Virus record (IMG/VR): IMGVR_UViG_3300037246_001555
Location: 1 to 64,000 of that record
DNA: 64,000 nt
Source: a virus
Reading direction: 5' to 3' (one strand)
The translations under genes and the position numbers were made by a program. Shown here piece by piece: positions 9,238 through 18,139 of this stretch. The stretch's first letter is position 1, and every line of letters starts with the position of its first letter. Under the pieces are notes generated by a model. It was given only the letters and a program-made list of their open reading frames with translations. It was not told the DNA's origin and ran no database searches.

Positions 9238-11496
9238 CTATGCTTCGTTTCCGTAATGCCCTCGCCAGCCTGAACCCGGGACTCCTTGACTGTTCTTACC
9301 TCGTAGAACCTGCTGCCAGGCTTCCCTAGCGGACCCTGGCTCCCTTCTACTCAACCCCAATTCCTTCCTCTCACGATCTCTAAGAGCCGCTTCGAATTGC
9401 TCTTTCTCTAATGCCCAAGGGTCAGCAGCAGAGCGTGATGCACTTGACTTAGGTAGATTTACTTGCTGCGAGCAGATCATCCAAATTGCCAAGTACCAAG
9501 CGTCCAATACGTGATCCCCACGGAATGGGTCACTCACCAACCAGCCCTTTTTGTCTCCAGACTTGGACTCTCGTTCCCTATTCTCGGCCACGTCAAGGCA
9601 CTGTCGGACCTGATCATGGATCAGATATGAGCCCGGGGATTCATCTTCGGCCGTAAACGGAAAGTCCAGCAGATGGAAAAATAGATGGTTGTAGCGGGCC
9701 ATGTTGTTGATGAATTCCTGATTCTCTCGTCTCCAGTTCTCACCAAGCTTCGCCATGTTCTTGTGTCTTAGTTGGACGTCCATAGGCCAGGGCTGACCCT
9801 CATCAGCCAACTCTGTGAAGATTTGGTTTAGCATTGGAGCCTCGTCGGTGATGGTATACAGCCAACGATCCGGGTCCCCTCCCAAGGCTTCAATCCAGCG
9901 AGGAACCCGTGAGCGTAGAATGACCAAGTTCTTCTTCATAGTAGTGCGCTCATCGGAGTTGAAGTACTCCCACACAGTCACGATGTCATTGCCGTCGTAT
10001 GCTATGAGGCACCCGCCGAAGTTCCTTGGTCCCTGATCAATGCCTAGTATGAAGACGGCTCTGTCGAAGAAGTCGTCTTCAATCATGCGGAGGTGGTCAT
10101 CCCGTACTAGGCCGAACTTGGCGCCTTCCGCGGATACACCTATGCCCTCGAACTCCGAGGCGTACTCCTCGTCAGTAAGCTCCATCCGTGCCGCGTCCAA
10201 CTCGGACTTCACGAATTCAGGGTTGTCTTGGGGGTCTAGTCGAGTGACTAGCATGGAAACGTTCCAAGGGCATCCATTTGCAATCAGACGTTGATCCCGC
10301 TTCCAGCGAATCATCCTGCCCGTCTTAGGGTCGCGACCGTGCATGTTGGTCAGACGCCCTATGAATCCCGCTACGCCCTTAGGCGTACCTAGGGCGACGA
10401 TACGACCTAGACGCTCTGACATACGAGCACGAAGCTCCTCGTAGATGTCAGCAGGCAGCCATCCAGGCTCCGCGCACAGTGCGAATTCCAAGGCATGCCC
10501 GGTAATCGAGCCCTTGGATTTTGCTGACTTGACCCGGATCTCTGAGCCCCACTTCGTTGTCATGATCATTTCGCCGGTCTTCTTGTCGTGGACTACGTTG
10601 ACCATCTGCTTGTAGTAGGGGAAGAAGAGGGCGTTGAGGAAGTTCTTGATGTACTCTACCTCCTTGGAAGCCCGGTCGTAGGTCTCCGCTAGAATCCAGA
10701 TTTCAACCCCAGGCAAACAGATAGCCATAGTGGCTATCAGCCCGAGTAAGTAAGACTTACCAGCACGCGCGGCACCTTCGCCTACGACATGGCGTTCTGG
10801 CGCGCATAGAATACGAACTTGTCCTGCGTGGGGGGTACGGCGCGGATCGCACCGTTTGATGATTTCCATTTGACGGTCAAAGCGCCGCGGAATCTTTGTG
10901 GTGCCCTTGGTTGCGCCCGTCTTATCTCGCCAGTCGGCTAGCCTTGAGTTGCGAATGTCCGCAAGAGCGAAGGAGCTGTGGCAAGCCGGGCAGTGAGCCG
11001 TTTGATACCGCCAAGCCAGGTCGATCCACTTGTAGATCAGGTTCACGTCCTTGCCTGGATCGTGAAGCTTTTTGAGCATCTTGATGGCGTTGAAGCGGTC
11101 AGCAGCCTTGGCCTTGGGGTTGTCTCTTAGCTTCTCTAGAACTTTGAAGGCGTACTCTCGGAGATCTCCCTTGTGCATCTCTCCGAAGTCAACGCGCATT
11201 GACTCCTTGGCCTTCTCCTCAGCCAAAGCTCTATCAGTGTGTTTCTGTATCTCAGCCTTGATACGAGGTGCTCGGGCTAGATTCCTAGCATTATCGTTCT
11301 CTTTGGAGCCAGGCTCAGACGCCCAGCCGAGCGCTATCCTTGAAGCCTCGACGCCTCCCATGCCGGTGTCAGCAATCAGCTTAGCGAAGTGTATTTCTTT
11401 AGGGCTACAGCGCTTTCGGTACCCCGTGTTACCGGCCTTTATGGGGTCGGGCTTAGTCCCCTTCGGGGAGCCAGTACCCTGAGTCTTCTTGCTCAT
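9238..11496 (-). CDS. terL: Terminase large subunit with long N-terminal extension
   Basis: Walker A (GAARAGKS), RVKSA, coupling motif ALGTPKG, EYASEF, RNase H-like ILGIDQG and GDHVLDA. ATG 11496 follows AGGAGGAG. Confidence 0.8.
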   Translation of the reverse strand: MSKKTQGTGSPKGTKPDPIKAGNTGYRKRCSPKEIHFAKLIADTGMGGVEASRIALGWASEPGSKENDNARNLARAPRIKAEIQKHTDRALAEEKAKESMRVDFGEMHKGDLREYAFKVLEKLRDNPKAKAADRFNAIKMLKKLHDPGKDVNLIYKWIDLAWRYQTAHCPACHSSFALADIRNSRLADWRDKTGATKGTTKIPRRFDRQMEIIKRCDPRRTPHAGQVRILCAPERHVVGEGAARAGKSYLLGLIATMAICLPGVEIWILAETYDRASKEVEYIKNFLNALFFPYYKQMVNVVHDKKTGEMIMTTKWGSEIRVKSAKSKGSITGHALEFALCAEPGWLPADIYEELRARMSERLGRIVALGTPKGVAGFIGRLTNMHGRDPKTGRMIRWKRDQRLIANGCPWNVSMLVTRLDPQDNPEFVKSELDAARMELTDEEYASEFEGIGVSAEGAKFGLVRDDHLRMIEDDFFDRAVFILGIDQGPRNFGGCLIAYDGNDIVTVWEYFNSDERTTMKKNLVILRSRVPRWIEALGGDPDRWLYTITDEAPMLNQIFTELADEGQPWPMDVQLRHKNMAKLGENWRRENQEFINNMARYNHLFFHLLDFPFTAEDESPGSYLIHDQVRQCLDVAENRERESKSGDKKGWLVSDPFRGDHVLDAWYLAIWMICSQQVNLPKSSASRSAADPWALEKEQFEAALRDRERKELGLSRREPGSAREAWQQVLRGKNSQGVPGSGWRGHYGNEA

Positions 11497-11656
11497 CGTC
11501 CTCCTCCTGTTTGTCCCAAGGGCATCCCGGCCGCTCCGGTGTAGTAGTCGCAAGGGCTTTTTCGAGCGCCTCGATTACTCGTTCGTCAGGGCTAGCGTCT
11601 TGCTTAGGGACCCAAGCGCTCAATTCTTGAAGTGCGCGGGATAGTTTATCACTCAA
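11453..11656 (-). CDS. Hypothetical protein
   Basis: Short acidic ORF overlapping both neighbours in operon fashion. Confidence 0.45.
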   Translation of the reverse strand: MSDKLSRALQELSAWVPKQDASPDERVIEALEKALATTTPERPGCPWDKQEEDDEQEDSGYWLPEGD

Positions 11657-11955
11657 TTAACGAAGGCCGCCACCGCAATACCGGCAATGCTAACAGCCAG
11701 AGATACAGCTCCGGCCACAATTACCGCCGCCCGCTTCAAGCCCTTCAACTCTCCTTCACGCGCCGCTTCACGAATAAGAAGCGTGTCGATCTTTCCGTCT
11801 AGGACGGACACTTGATCGCTTAGCCGATCAAAATTAGCTTCGTCCTGCTCAGTATGATCGGTCAGCCGCTGACTCAGCACCGCAAGCCCGCTGTCTATGG
11901 CTGCCAGTCGATCCTCAGCAACCTCAACTTTTCTTTCAATCAGCTCTATTTCCAT
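11653..11955 (-). CDS. Holin/XhlA-like membrane protein
   Basis: Coiled-coil followed by a single C-terminal hydrophobic helix. Adjacent to an M15 peptidase. Confidence 0.5.
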   Translation of the reverse strand: MEIELIERKVEVAEDRLAAIDSGLAVLSQRLTDHTEQDEANFDRLSDQVSVLDGKIDTLLIREAAREGELKGLKRAAVIVAGAVSLAVSIAGIAVAAFVN

Positions 11956-13442
11956 TATGCGGATTCCTTGTCTGGGAAGTATTTCTCAATCAGGCCAGCG
12001 TGTGCTCTGAGACCTCGGCGAGAAATGCTGCTGGTTTTTCCTGATACTTTGAGATGGTCAGCGAGGGACTCTTTGGTTTCTCTGTTGTCGCGCTCTATGT
12101 GTAGGTGAACATTATTCCCCGATCCGTGAAGAATGTATTCGAAATCGCCCTTTCGCCATAGCTTGCCTTTTTGGCCGTGGACCTTTACTTTGATGCCTTC
12201 CCCAGGCAGGCTATCTGTCAATTTCTTGATCGCTGAGGAGGAGGCGTTCTTCAAGCGAAAGTCTACGGCTTCTCCTATTTCATGCAAACTCCAGTCTCCT
12301 CTGTCCCTGCGCCCCGAGGTGATTTCTGGGGTGATGCCTGCTTCTCGTAGGATAGGTGCAATCTCTTCAATAGCAGGCCCCAGCTCAGCGCTTAGATTCT
12401 TCACGTCAATGTCTTTACCTTGGGCCACTTGAACGCCCGCACGCTCCATGAAATCCGTGAATACGGGCTCAGTAGCTTCAGCAACCTCATTAGGCTGCCG
12501 GCTCTGTCTAAATGCCTCAGCAGACATACGCATACGTGATTTATCTCGCGGGTTGAGGCCGCTCATAATCTCAGTGCCGGGCTCCTCCGGTGCGAAAGGG
12601 GAGTTTCCTCCTGCCAGTTGCTCCTTGGCATGAGAGACGGCTTTGTTCATGATAGACTGATGCTCTCGCGCGTCCCCTCCTTGCGCTAGATATGACACCT
12701 CATCCTCAGAAAGCGCGGGTACGATAGCGGGAACCAGTGTTTCCTCACCGTCAATCTCCACGCCCACGGAAACTTCAGACATCATACGGTCTGATCCGTC
12801 TTGCATGGGAATGAGACCTAGCCATCCCTCGCCTTTCTCAGTACCGTCCTCACGCCGGCCGTAGCCTTCTTGGCTGGGCGTAGCCGCAATCTCAGGCGCT
12901 AGTCCGCCAGTCAGGTACTGAGCCCACTCCGCGCCGCTTTCCCCCTTTTCGCGGGTATGGAAGCGGTCTCCGTGGTACTCGAAACCTTCTTGACCGGCCT
13001 TGCGTGCTTGGGTAAACGCCTGCTTGAAAGAGAGGGGTTTGCCTTCTTCTGGGGCCTGATCAATGATCTGCTCCCACTGCCTAGGGTCGGTGAAGACCTT
13101 CTTGCCTTCGGGTATGGGAGGGGCTACGCGGACTGGCGCTTGGGTGAGAACTTCGCTAGCTGCTCCCTCAACGGATAGCGCGATAGTTTCAGTACCCTCG
13201 TCGGAGCTGGCAAAGCGGCTCGCAAGGCTAGTAAGGGTGATGGGGTCTGGCTTCTGGCGCGTGGAGGCAAGAATAGACCCGTGGATGCGCTCACGCTCCT
13301 GCTGGGTGTCCGCCATCTCCAGATTCTGGAACTGGCGCCAAGTAGCCGTAACGGGGTTGCTAGGAGGGGCGGCTGCTACCGGGGCAGCTACCGGCTCCTC
13401 AGGGACGCTGTACTTGTCGAGGAACCATTCGGGGAGGGCCAA
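11955..13442 (-). CDS. Multidomain protein with C-terminal peptidase M15 (Hedgehog/DD-peptidase) domain; putative peptidoglycan hydrolase
   Basis: ITSGRR..SLH..GEAVDFRL...HLHIE Zn-binding signature at the C-terminus. N-terminal half is low-complexity with phage-type motifs. Confidence 0.65.
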   Translation of the reverse strand: MALPEWFLDKYSVPEEPVAAPVAAAPPSNPVTATWRQFQNLEMADTQQERERIHGSILASTRQKPDPITLTSLASRFASSDEGTETIALSVEGAASEVLTQAPVRVAPPIPEGKKVFTDPRQWEQIIDQAPEEGKPLSFKQAFTQARKAGQEGFEYHGDRFHTREKGESGAEWAQYLTGGLAPEIAATPSQEGYGRREDGTEKGEGWLGLIPMQDGSDRMMSEVSVGVEIDGEETLVPAIVPALSEDEVSYLAQGGDAREHQSIMNKAVSHAKEQLAGGNSPFAPEEPGTEIMSGLNPRDKSRMRMSAEAFRQSRQPNEVAEATEPVFTDFMERAGVQVAQGKDIDVKNLSAELGPAIEEIAPILREAGITPEITSGRRDRGDWSLHEIGEAVDFRLKNASSSAIKKLTDSLPGEGIKVKVHGQKGKLWRKGDFEYILHGSGNNVHLHIERDNRETKESLADHLKVSGKTSSISRRGLRAHAGLIEKYFPDKESA

Positions 13443-13466
13443 ATTGTATCTCCAGTAGGTCGCAGT

Positions 13467-13829
13467 TCACACTGAAACTCGTTTCTTTGAGCACGCTTCC
13501 GCAAACTCAGGACAGTCTTTCGAGTCGGTATGCGTTTTGACCCTGTTGTCTTCCTTGCTTGTTACCCACCCCATTTGGTTTAGCACATCTTCAGGCACTA
13601 GCCAGTGGTTCTCGTGGTGACAGCATGGACAAGCCCCGAGAGTCAAAGCTTCGTTGAACATAGCCTCGAAGAACGTCTCGCTCTTTGAGGCCTCGTTTAG
13701 CTCATTGATGATTTGGAGTCGCACTGATTCTGAGGTAGACGGGTCCACCAACAGCTCTGCAAGCGCAGCAGCATTCTGCTCATCAAAATCTTCAATTAGG
13801 TTGTCGGACTTTTTGCTTGTCAAGTGCAT
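13467..13829 (-). CDS. Hypothetical Cys-rich (zinc-binding) protein
   Basis: CPCCH and CPEFAEAC. Preceded by the conserved promoter-like motif and GGGAG. Confidence 0.55.
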   Translation of the reverse strand: MHLTSKKSDNLIEDFDEQNAAALAELLVDPSTSESVRLQIINELNEASKSETFFEAMFNEALTLGACPCCHHENHWLVPEDVLNQMGWVTSKEDNRVKTHTDSKDCPEFAEACSKKRVSV

Positions 13830-13834
13830 TCTCC

Positions 13835-13853
13835 CTAGTAAATAATACCGTTT
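13835..13853 (-). promoter_or_regulatory. Conserved phage promoter-like motif, copy 1
   Basis: AAACGGTATTATTTACTAG on the minus strand directly before RBS/ATG 13829. Confidence 0.75.
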
Positions 13854-13878
13854 GGTCGAATGATGAAGCAGTTTGATT

Positions 13879-14697
13879 TTACTTGACGATACGTTTCACT
13901 TCTGGAAGGAAATCGAGCGCCACCACATCTTCAGACGTTAGGTTCCAGTAGATCTCTAGAGTGGTTACGACACTGCTGTGCCCTAGCCAGGAGGCAACCT
14001 GCTTTGGATTGACCCCGCTGGTCAGGGCTAGTGAGGCGAATGTGTGGCGCAGATCGTGGAATCGGATTGGCTGTATGTGGGCATATGAACATAGTCGTCG
14101 GAGCGCGGGGTTCGGGTCGAATTGTTCAAACACTTTCTCGGAGGGTTTACGTAGAAGGAAGTTTCTAGCTTCTGCAAGTGACCGGGATAGTTCTGCGCTC
14201 ATCGGAACGAGTCTGCTCCGTCCGCTTTTAGTGGGCCCGTCATACGAGTGAGAGATTTTGATCTTTCCTTGGAGCATGTCGATATCTCCACATCGAAGGC
14301 CGAAGATCTCCCCCCTACGTAGACCGGCGTGCATAGCCAGAAGCATTACAGGGTAGAATTTGGGGTTCAGCTTTCGGGTGACTTCCATTAGGCTGCCTGC
14401 CTGTTTGACGCTCAAGGACGTCACTTCCTTTTGCTGCTCGCTCCGGCTGAGCGCGCGTATGAATCTCTGAGTGTCCACCTTTGGTCCGCCCTTGAATTCT
14501 ATGTAACGTCCCAGCAAGCGGATCAGCGTCTTTAGCGTGTTCCTAGATAGCCCTTCTCCTTCCCATATAGTCAAAATACTCCGTGTGGCGTCATCATTCC
14601 ACCCATCCCAGGGAGTTCCAGCAATATGACGCCTGTACAGGCTCTGGTATGTTTTGATCGTGTTTGGTCGTCCGTAGAACGTGTCTTCAAAGTCCAT
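13879..14697 (-). CDS. Tyrosine recombinase/integrase
   Basis: GLRRGE (R), PTKSG (K), FHDLRH (HxxR), LGHSS and EIY catalytic residues. Confidence 0.9.
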   Translation of the reverse strand: MDFEDTFYGRPNTIKTYQSLYRRHIAGTPWDGWNDDATRSILTIWEGEGLSRNTLKTLIRLLGRYIEFKGGPKVDTQRFIRALSRSEQQKEVTSLSVKQAGSLMEVTRKLNPKFYPVMLLAMHAGLRRGEIFGLRCGDIDMLQGKIKISHSYDGPTKSGRSRLVPMSAELSRSLAEARNFLLRKPSEKVFEQFDPNPALRRLCSYAHIQPIRFHDLRHTFASLALTSGVNPKQVASWLGHSSVVTTLEIYWNLTSEDVVALDFLPEVKRIVK

Positions 14698-14710
14698 TGT
14701 AGTGTCTCCT

Positions 14711-14729
14711 CTAGTAAATAATGCCGTTT
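14711..14729 (-). promoter_or_regulatory. Conserved phage promoter-like motif, copy 2
   Basis: AAACGGCATTATTTACTAG on the minus strand, followed by AGGAG and the recombinase ATG. Confidence 0.75.
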
Positions 14730-14791
14730 ATCCTGAGTGAACAGCCGGATAAAGATAATTAAAGTAAGATAGATAGCTTAAACAAAGTGTA

Positions 14792-14810
14792 AAACGGTAT
14801 TATTTACTAG
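14792..14810 (+). promoter_or_regulatory. Conserved phage promoter-like motif, copy 3 (divergent from copy 2)
   Basis: AAACGGTATTATTTACTAG at the start of the plus-strand virion module. Confidence 0.75.
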
Positions 14811-14929
14811 AGGGATTTTCGATCCAACTAGGGATAGTTGAAGGGAATCTATTTATATGCGACTACCCGTCGTGCTTCCACTCAAGCTTCAGCAAGGCGA
14901 GCTTCATGATCTACGTTGAGGAGAGTTAA

Positions 14930-17900
14930 TTGTCCATAACGACGATTATTCAGTCTGATATAGAATCGCGGGATAATGACTATATAGGTCTTGCCTCAAA
15001 TAATACTGACGCTGAAGAAATAAATTTGGTGGTTGGTGACGTATTTTTAGGTATTCAATCGAGTTTCTTGTGTGGGTTCAATAACGCTGTTGTGCCTCCA
15101 AATTCGGAGATTACCTCTGCTGTTTGTGATTTCTTTACTGACCCGTTGTTTGGTCCTCCACAAACTGGGGCGATAACGTGCGATATTAAAGCACCTGACC
15201 GTGAGGCCGGCAGCGATGATGGTAGCCTCAAATATTTTCCGTTCTACGGCCGCGATACCGAGGTGGGTATAGGATGGCGATTTCACGGCAGCGATACATT
15301 TCATGTTCATGTTAAGTCAGATGTAGGAGGTACGATTGCTGATACTACAGGAGTTGCTACAACCAGATCTGACCCTGTAGCACAAACCTCCGGTATTAAT
15401 GAAGTAGCTCAGAAATTTACTGTAGGTACTAGCGTAACTTTAGGATCGGTAGATTTGACACTTGCTAGGGTAGGGACTGGCGGTGGAAATTGGCAAGCGT
15501 CCATAGTGGCTCCCCTATCGTCACCGTCTGACGGATCTATTCCTGGCAATCAGAACGCCACAGTATTTGTTAGGCCTAATTTAGCTATATCTGATGTTGT
15601 TGTAGGCTCTACTATTTCTACCTCTGAAACGGTTGTTACATTCAGCTTCAGCGGTGACGAGCAAGTAACTCTTCCAGCAGGCGACTATTATGTTAGGTTG
15701 TTCAAGAGTGACGGAGACGTTACTGACTCTTCTAACTATTTGAACACGTATCTTAACCGTACTTTTCTTGGCTCGGCAGGTATGAGGCATACTGCGAACG
15801 TGGTTGGATTGGGGAAATTCAACTACCCGGTTGACGCTGATATACTTGTCGCAGCTCGAACTTTTGAGCTTTCCACTAGCGTTGCTTGGGTGATGCCCGA
15901 CCCTATGAATCAGCTTACACGGCATTCAACTCCTAGCTTGGCCGTTCTCGTACAGGAAATCGTAGACGACCCGGGATATATTCAAGGTAATCACATTGCT
16001 TTAAACTTCACGGCTACAGGCGAGACCAATAAGAGATCGCTTATCGCATTTATAGCTGCGATACCTGCGCTTGGACCTAGACTTCACATAACCTATAAGC
16101 CCGCGCCCACGATTACCTTAAATCTAGGGTCAATCTCACAGGGCGTTACGGTTAACATGAACGGGTTCATATCTGCGGATAGTATTGAACCAGCACAAGA
16201 CGATGCAGACCTTGTGCTTGATGTTACGGGCGTAACTGCTGGACAATTTGAGTTGACTACAGACTCCGGCACGGCTATTACACAGTTTACGCAGGGCCAG
16301 ATTGATAGCAGCCTGGTTGTGTTTGTTCCTGATGGTACAAACGTAACGCCAGCATGGTCTGTGCAGGCCACCGACGACATTCCGCTGAAGTCGAATGTGA
16401 TACCTGCTATCGTGATTTTTACAGCCCTGGACCCATCGCTCGACGTCAATCAACTGACTCTCATTCGAGCTGCGACCGTCTCGATTACTGCTGCTGAGAT
16501 GCTGGCCTCTGACACAGGACAAGATGACGCTGATCTGATATTTACTGTATCATCTGTTACAGGAGGTCAGTTCGAACGAGTAAGTGCTTCGGGTATTGAG
16601 ATTACTACGTGGACACAGTCAGAGGTAACTGCCAATGACATAGTGTTCATTGATGACGGTAACGTGACCGCGCCGTCTTACGATCTGTCTGTAACGAATA
16701 ATGCTAGCTTGTTTGACGGCCCTGACGCTGCTACTATTACTTTTACGGCTCCACTGCCGGTAATCAGTACCAACCAACTAACGCTAGTCCGTGCTGAAAC
16801 AGTTCTGATTACTGCTGCTGAAATGCAGGCTAGTGATCTAGCTCAAAGCAACTCTACTCTGGTATTTACCGTTTCGAGTGTTTCCGGGGGGCAATTCGAA
16901 AGAGTTAGCGCCCCCAGTGTTGCGATCACTACGTGGAATCAATCCGAAGTCACGGCCAGCGACATCGTCTTTATTGACAATGATGATGCTACCGCTCCTT
17001 CGTATGACTTACTGATCACAAATGATGCCAGCCAAACTGACGGTCCTGATGCGGCTACGATTACTTTCACTACTGGACCGACCCTTGTAACCAATCAGCT
17101 AACGCTCACGCAAGGACAGACGGTTGGCCTTACGTCCAACGTTATGCGGGCGACGGCTACAGACGCAGATCAGGACGAAGGCGATCTGATCTTTACGATC
17201 TCATCGCTAACTAACGGACAGTTCCAGAGGCTGAGCGCGCCCGGCATTGTGATTACTACGTGGACACAGTCCGAGGTTACGGCCGGGGACATTGTGTTCA
17301 TTGACGATGATGATCGTATAGCACCTGCCTACGATCTGTCTGTTACGAATGACGAGAGCGTCTCAGACGGCCCGTTCGCGGCTACCATCACCTTCTCGTT
17401 TAGGCGTTGGACTGAGGTTGCAGGACCTTCTCGGGTAGATAAGTACGAATGGCGCCTACCCAACAACGATCAGTTGCATGTGGAACAGACTGTGGGTCCG
17501 GGTGACTTGTTGATCAAGCCTGAGGACATTTCCCTCAAGCCTACTAAGTCACCCAAACGCTCAGGCATACAGCACGGACAGGACGACTGGGACTTTGATC
17601 CCATACCGGTTACGAGATGGTATGTCGCATCCGAGACAGTAATGCCCGGTAGTTGGACGGATGTTGATGGGCCTACCAAGCTAGATAAGTACGAATGGCG
17701 ATTGCCAAACAACGGGGACCAGCACGGAGAACAGACAGTCGCCCCTGGAGATCTGCTGATCAAGCCAAGTCAGCTTGAGCTGGTACCAACTAAGTCGCCT
17801 AAACGCTCAGGCATACAGCACGGACAGGACGATTGGAACTTCAACACCGTACCTGATACCTCATGGTATACAGCCTCTGAACCTCTAGTAGGGGGTTGGA

Positions 17901-18139
17901 CCCGTTTTGAGGGCCCTGCAAAGGTAGACAAGTATGAGTGGCGCTTACCAGAGAACAAGGATGAGCACGTAGAACAGACAGTAGCCCCCGGCGATTTGCT
18001 CATTAAGCCTGAGGCTCTCGCTCTCAAGCCTACTAAGTCGCCTAAACGCTCAGGCATACAGCATGGCGCTGATGACTGGAATTTCACTAATGTACCCGAT
18101 ACTTCGTGGTATGCTTTCGGAATGATTGAGGATTTGTAG
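14930..18139 (+). CDS. Large virion adhesin-like protein: four cadherin-like/CSPG repeats plus three C-terminal ~81-aa repeats
   Basis: Repeated NQLTL...ASD....L.FTVSSV.GGQFE....ITTWTQSEV....IVFIDD...APSYDL.V (cadherin-like/CSPG pattern). TTG start after GAGGAG. Confidence 0.7.
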   Translation: MSITTIIQSDIESRDNDYIGLASNNTDAEEINLVVGDVFLGIQSSFLCGFNNAVVPPNSEITSAVCDFFTDPLFGPPQTGAITCDIKAPDREAGSDDGSLKYFPFYGRDTEVGIGWRFHGSDTFHVHVKSDVGGTIADTTGVATTRSDPVAQTSGINEVAQKFTVGTSVTLGSVDLTLARVGTGGGNWQASIVAPLSSPSDGSIPGNQNATVFVRPNLAISDVVVGSTISTSETVVTFSFSGDEQVTLPAGDYYVRLFKSDGDVTDSSNYLNTYLNRTFLGSAGMRHTANVVGLGKFNYPVDADILVAARTFELSTSVAWVMPDPMNQLTRHSTPSLAVLVQEIVDDPGYIQGNHIALNFTATGETNKRSLIAFIAAIPALGPRLHITYKPAPTITLNLGSISQGVTVNMNGFISADSIEPAQDDADLVLDVTGVTAGQFELTTDSGTAITQFTQGQIDSSLVVFVPDGTNVTPAWSVQATDDIPLKSNVIPAIVIFTALDPSLDVNQLTLIRAATVSITAAEMLASDTGQDDADLIFTVSSVTGGQFERVSASGIEITTWTQSEVTANDIVFIDDGNVTAPSYDLSVTNNASLFDGPDAATITFTAPLPVISTNQLTLVRAETVLITAAEMQASDLAQSNSTLVFTVSSVSGGQFERVSAPSVAITTWNQSEVTASDIVFIDNDDATAPSYDLLITNDASQTDGPDAATITFTTGPTLVTNQLTLTQGQTVGLTSNVMRATATDADQDEGDLIFTISSLTNGQFQRLSAPGIVITTWTQSEVTAGDIVFIDDDDRIAPAYDLSVTNDESVSDGPFAATITFSFRRWTEVAGPSRVDKYEWRLPNNDQLHVEQTVGPGDLLIKPEDISLKPTKSPKRSGIQHGQDDWDFDPIPVTRWYVASETVMPGSWTDVDGPTKLDKYEWRLPNNGDQHGEQTVAPGDLLIKPSQLELVPTKSPKRSGIQHGQDDWNFNTVPDTSWYTASEPLVGGWTRFEGPAKVDKYEWRLPENKDEHVEQTVAPGDLLIKPEALALKPTKSPKRSGIQHGADDWNFTNVPDTSWYAFGMIEDL
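17408..18139 (+). repeat. Three tandem intragenic repeats (~243-246 bp)
   Basis: Units start near 17408, 17654 and 17897. Each encodes DKYEWRLP...EQTV.PGDLLIKP...PTKSPKRSGIQHG.DDW.F with near-identical DNA cores. Confidence 0.9.

Noticed and set aside
7885-14729. Minus-strand block as a defined invertible segment
   Set aside because: No matching inverted repeat found at the left boundary, where genes simply converge with overlapping stops.
14711-14810. Xer dif-like site next to the recombinase
   Set aside because: The inverted copies are 62 bp apart rather than 6-8 bp, and the same motif occurs singly before many genes.
17408-18139. CRISPR array or DGR template/variable repeat
   Set aside because: Repeats are in-frame coding units of ~245 bp with mostly synonymous differences. 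There are no spacers, no adenine-specific variation, and no cas or reverse transcriptase gene in the window.
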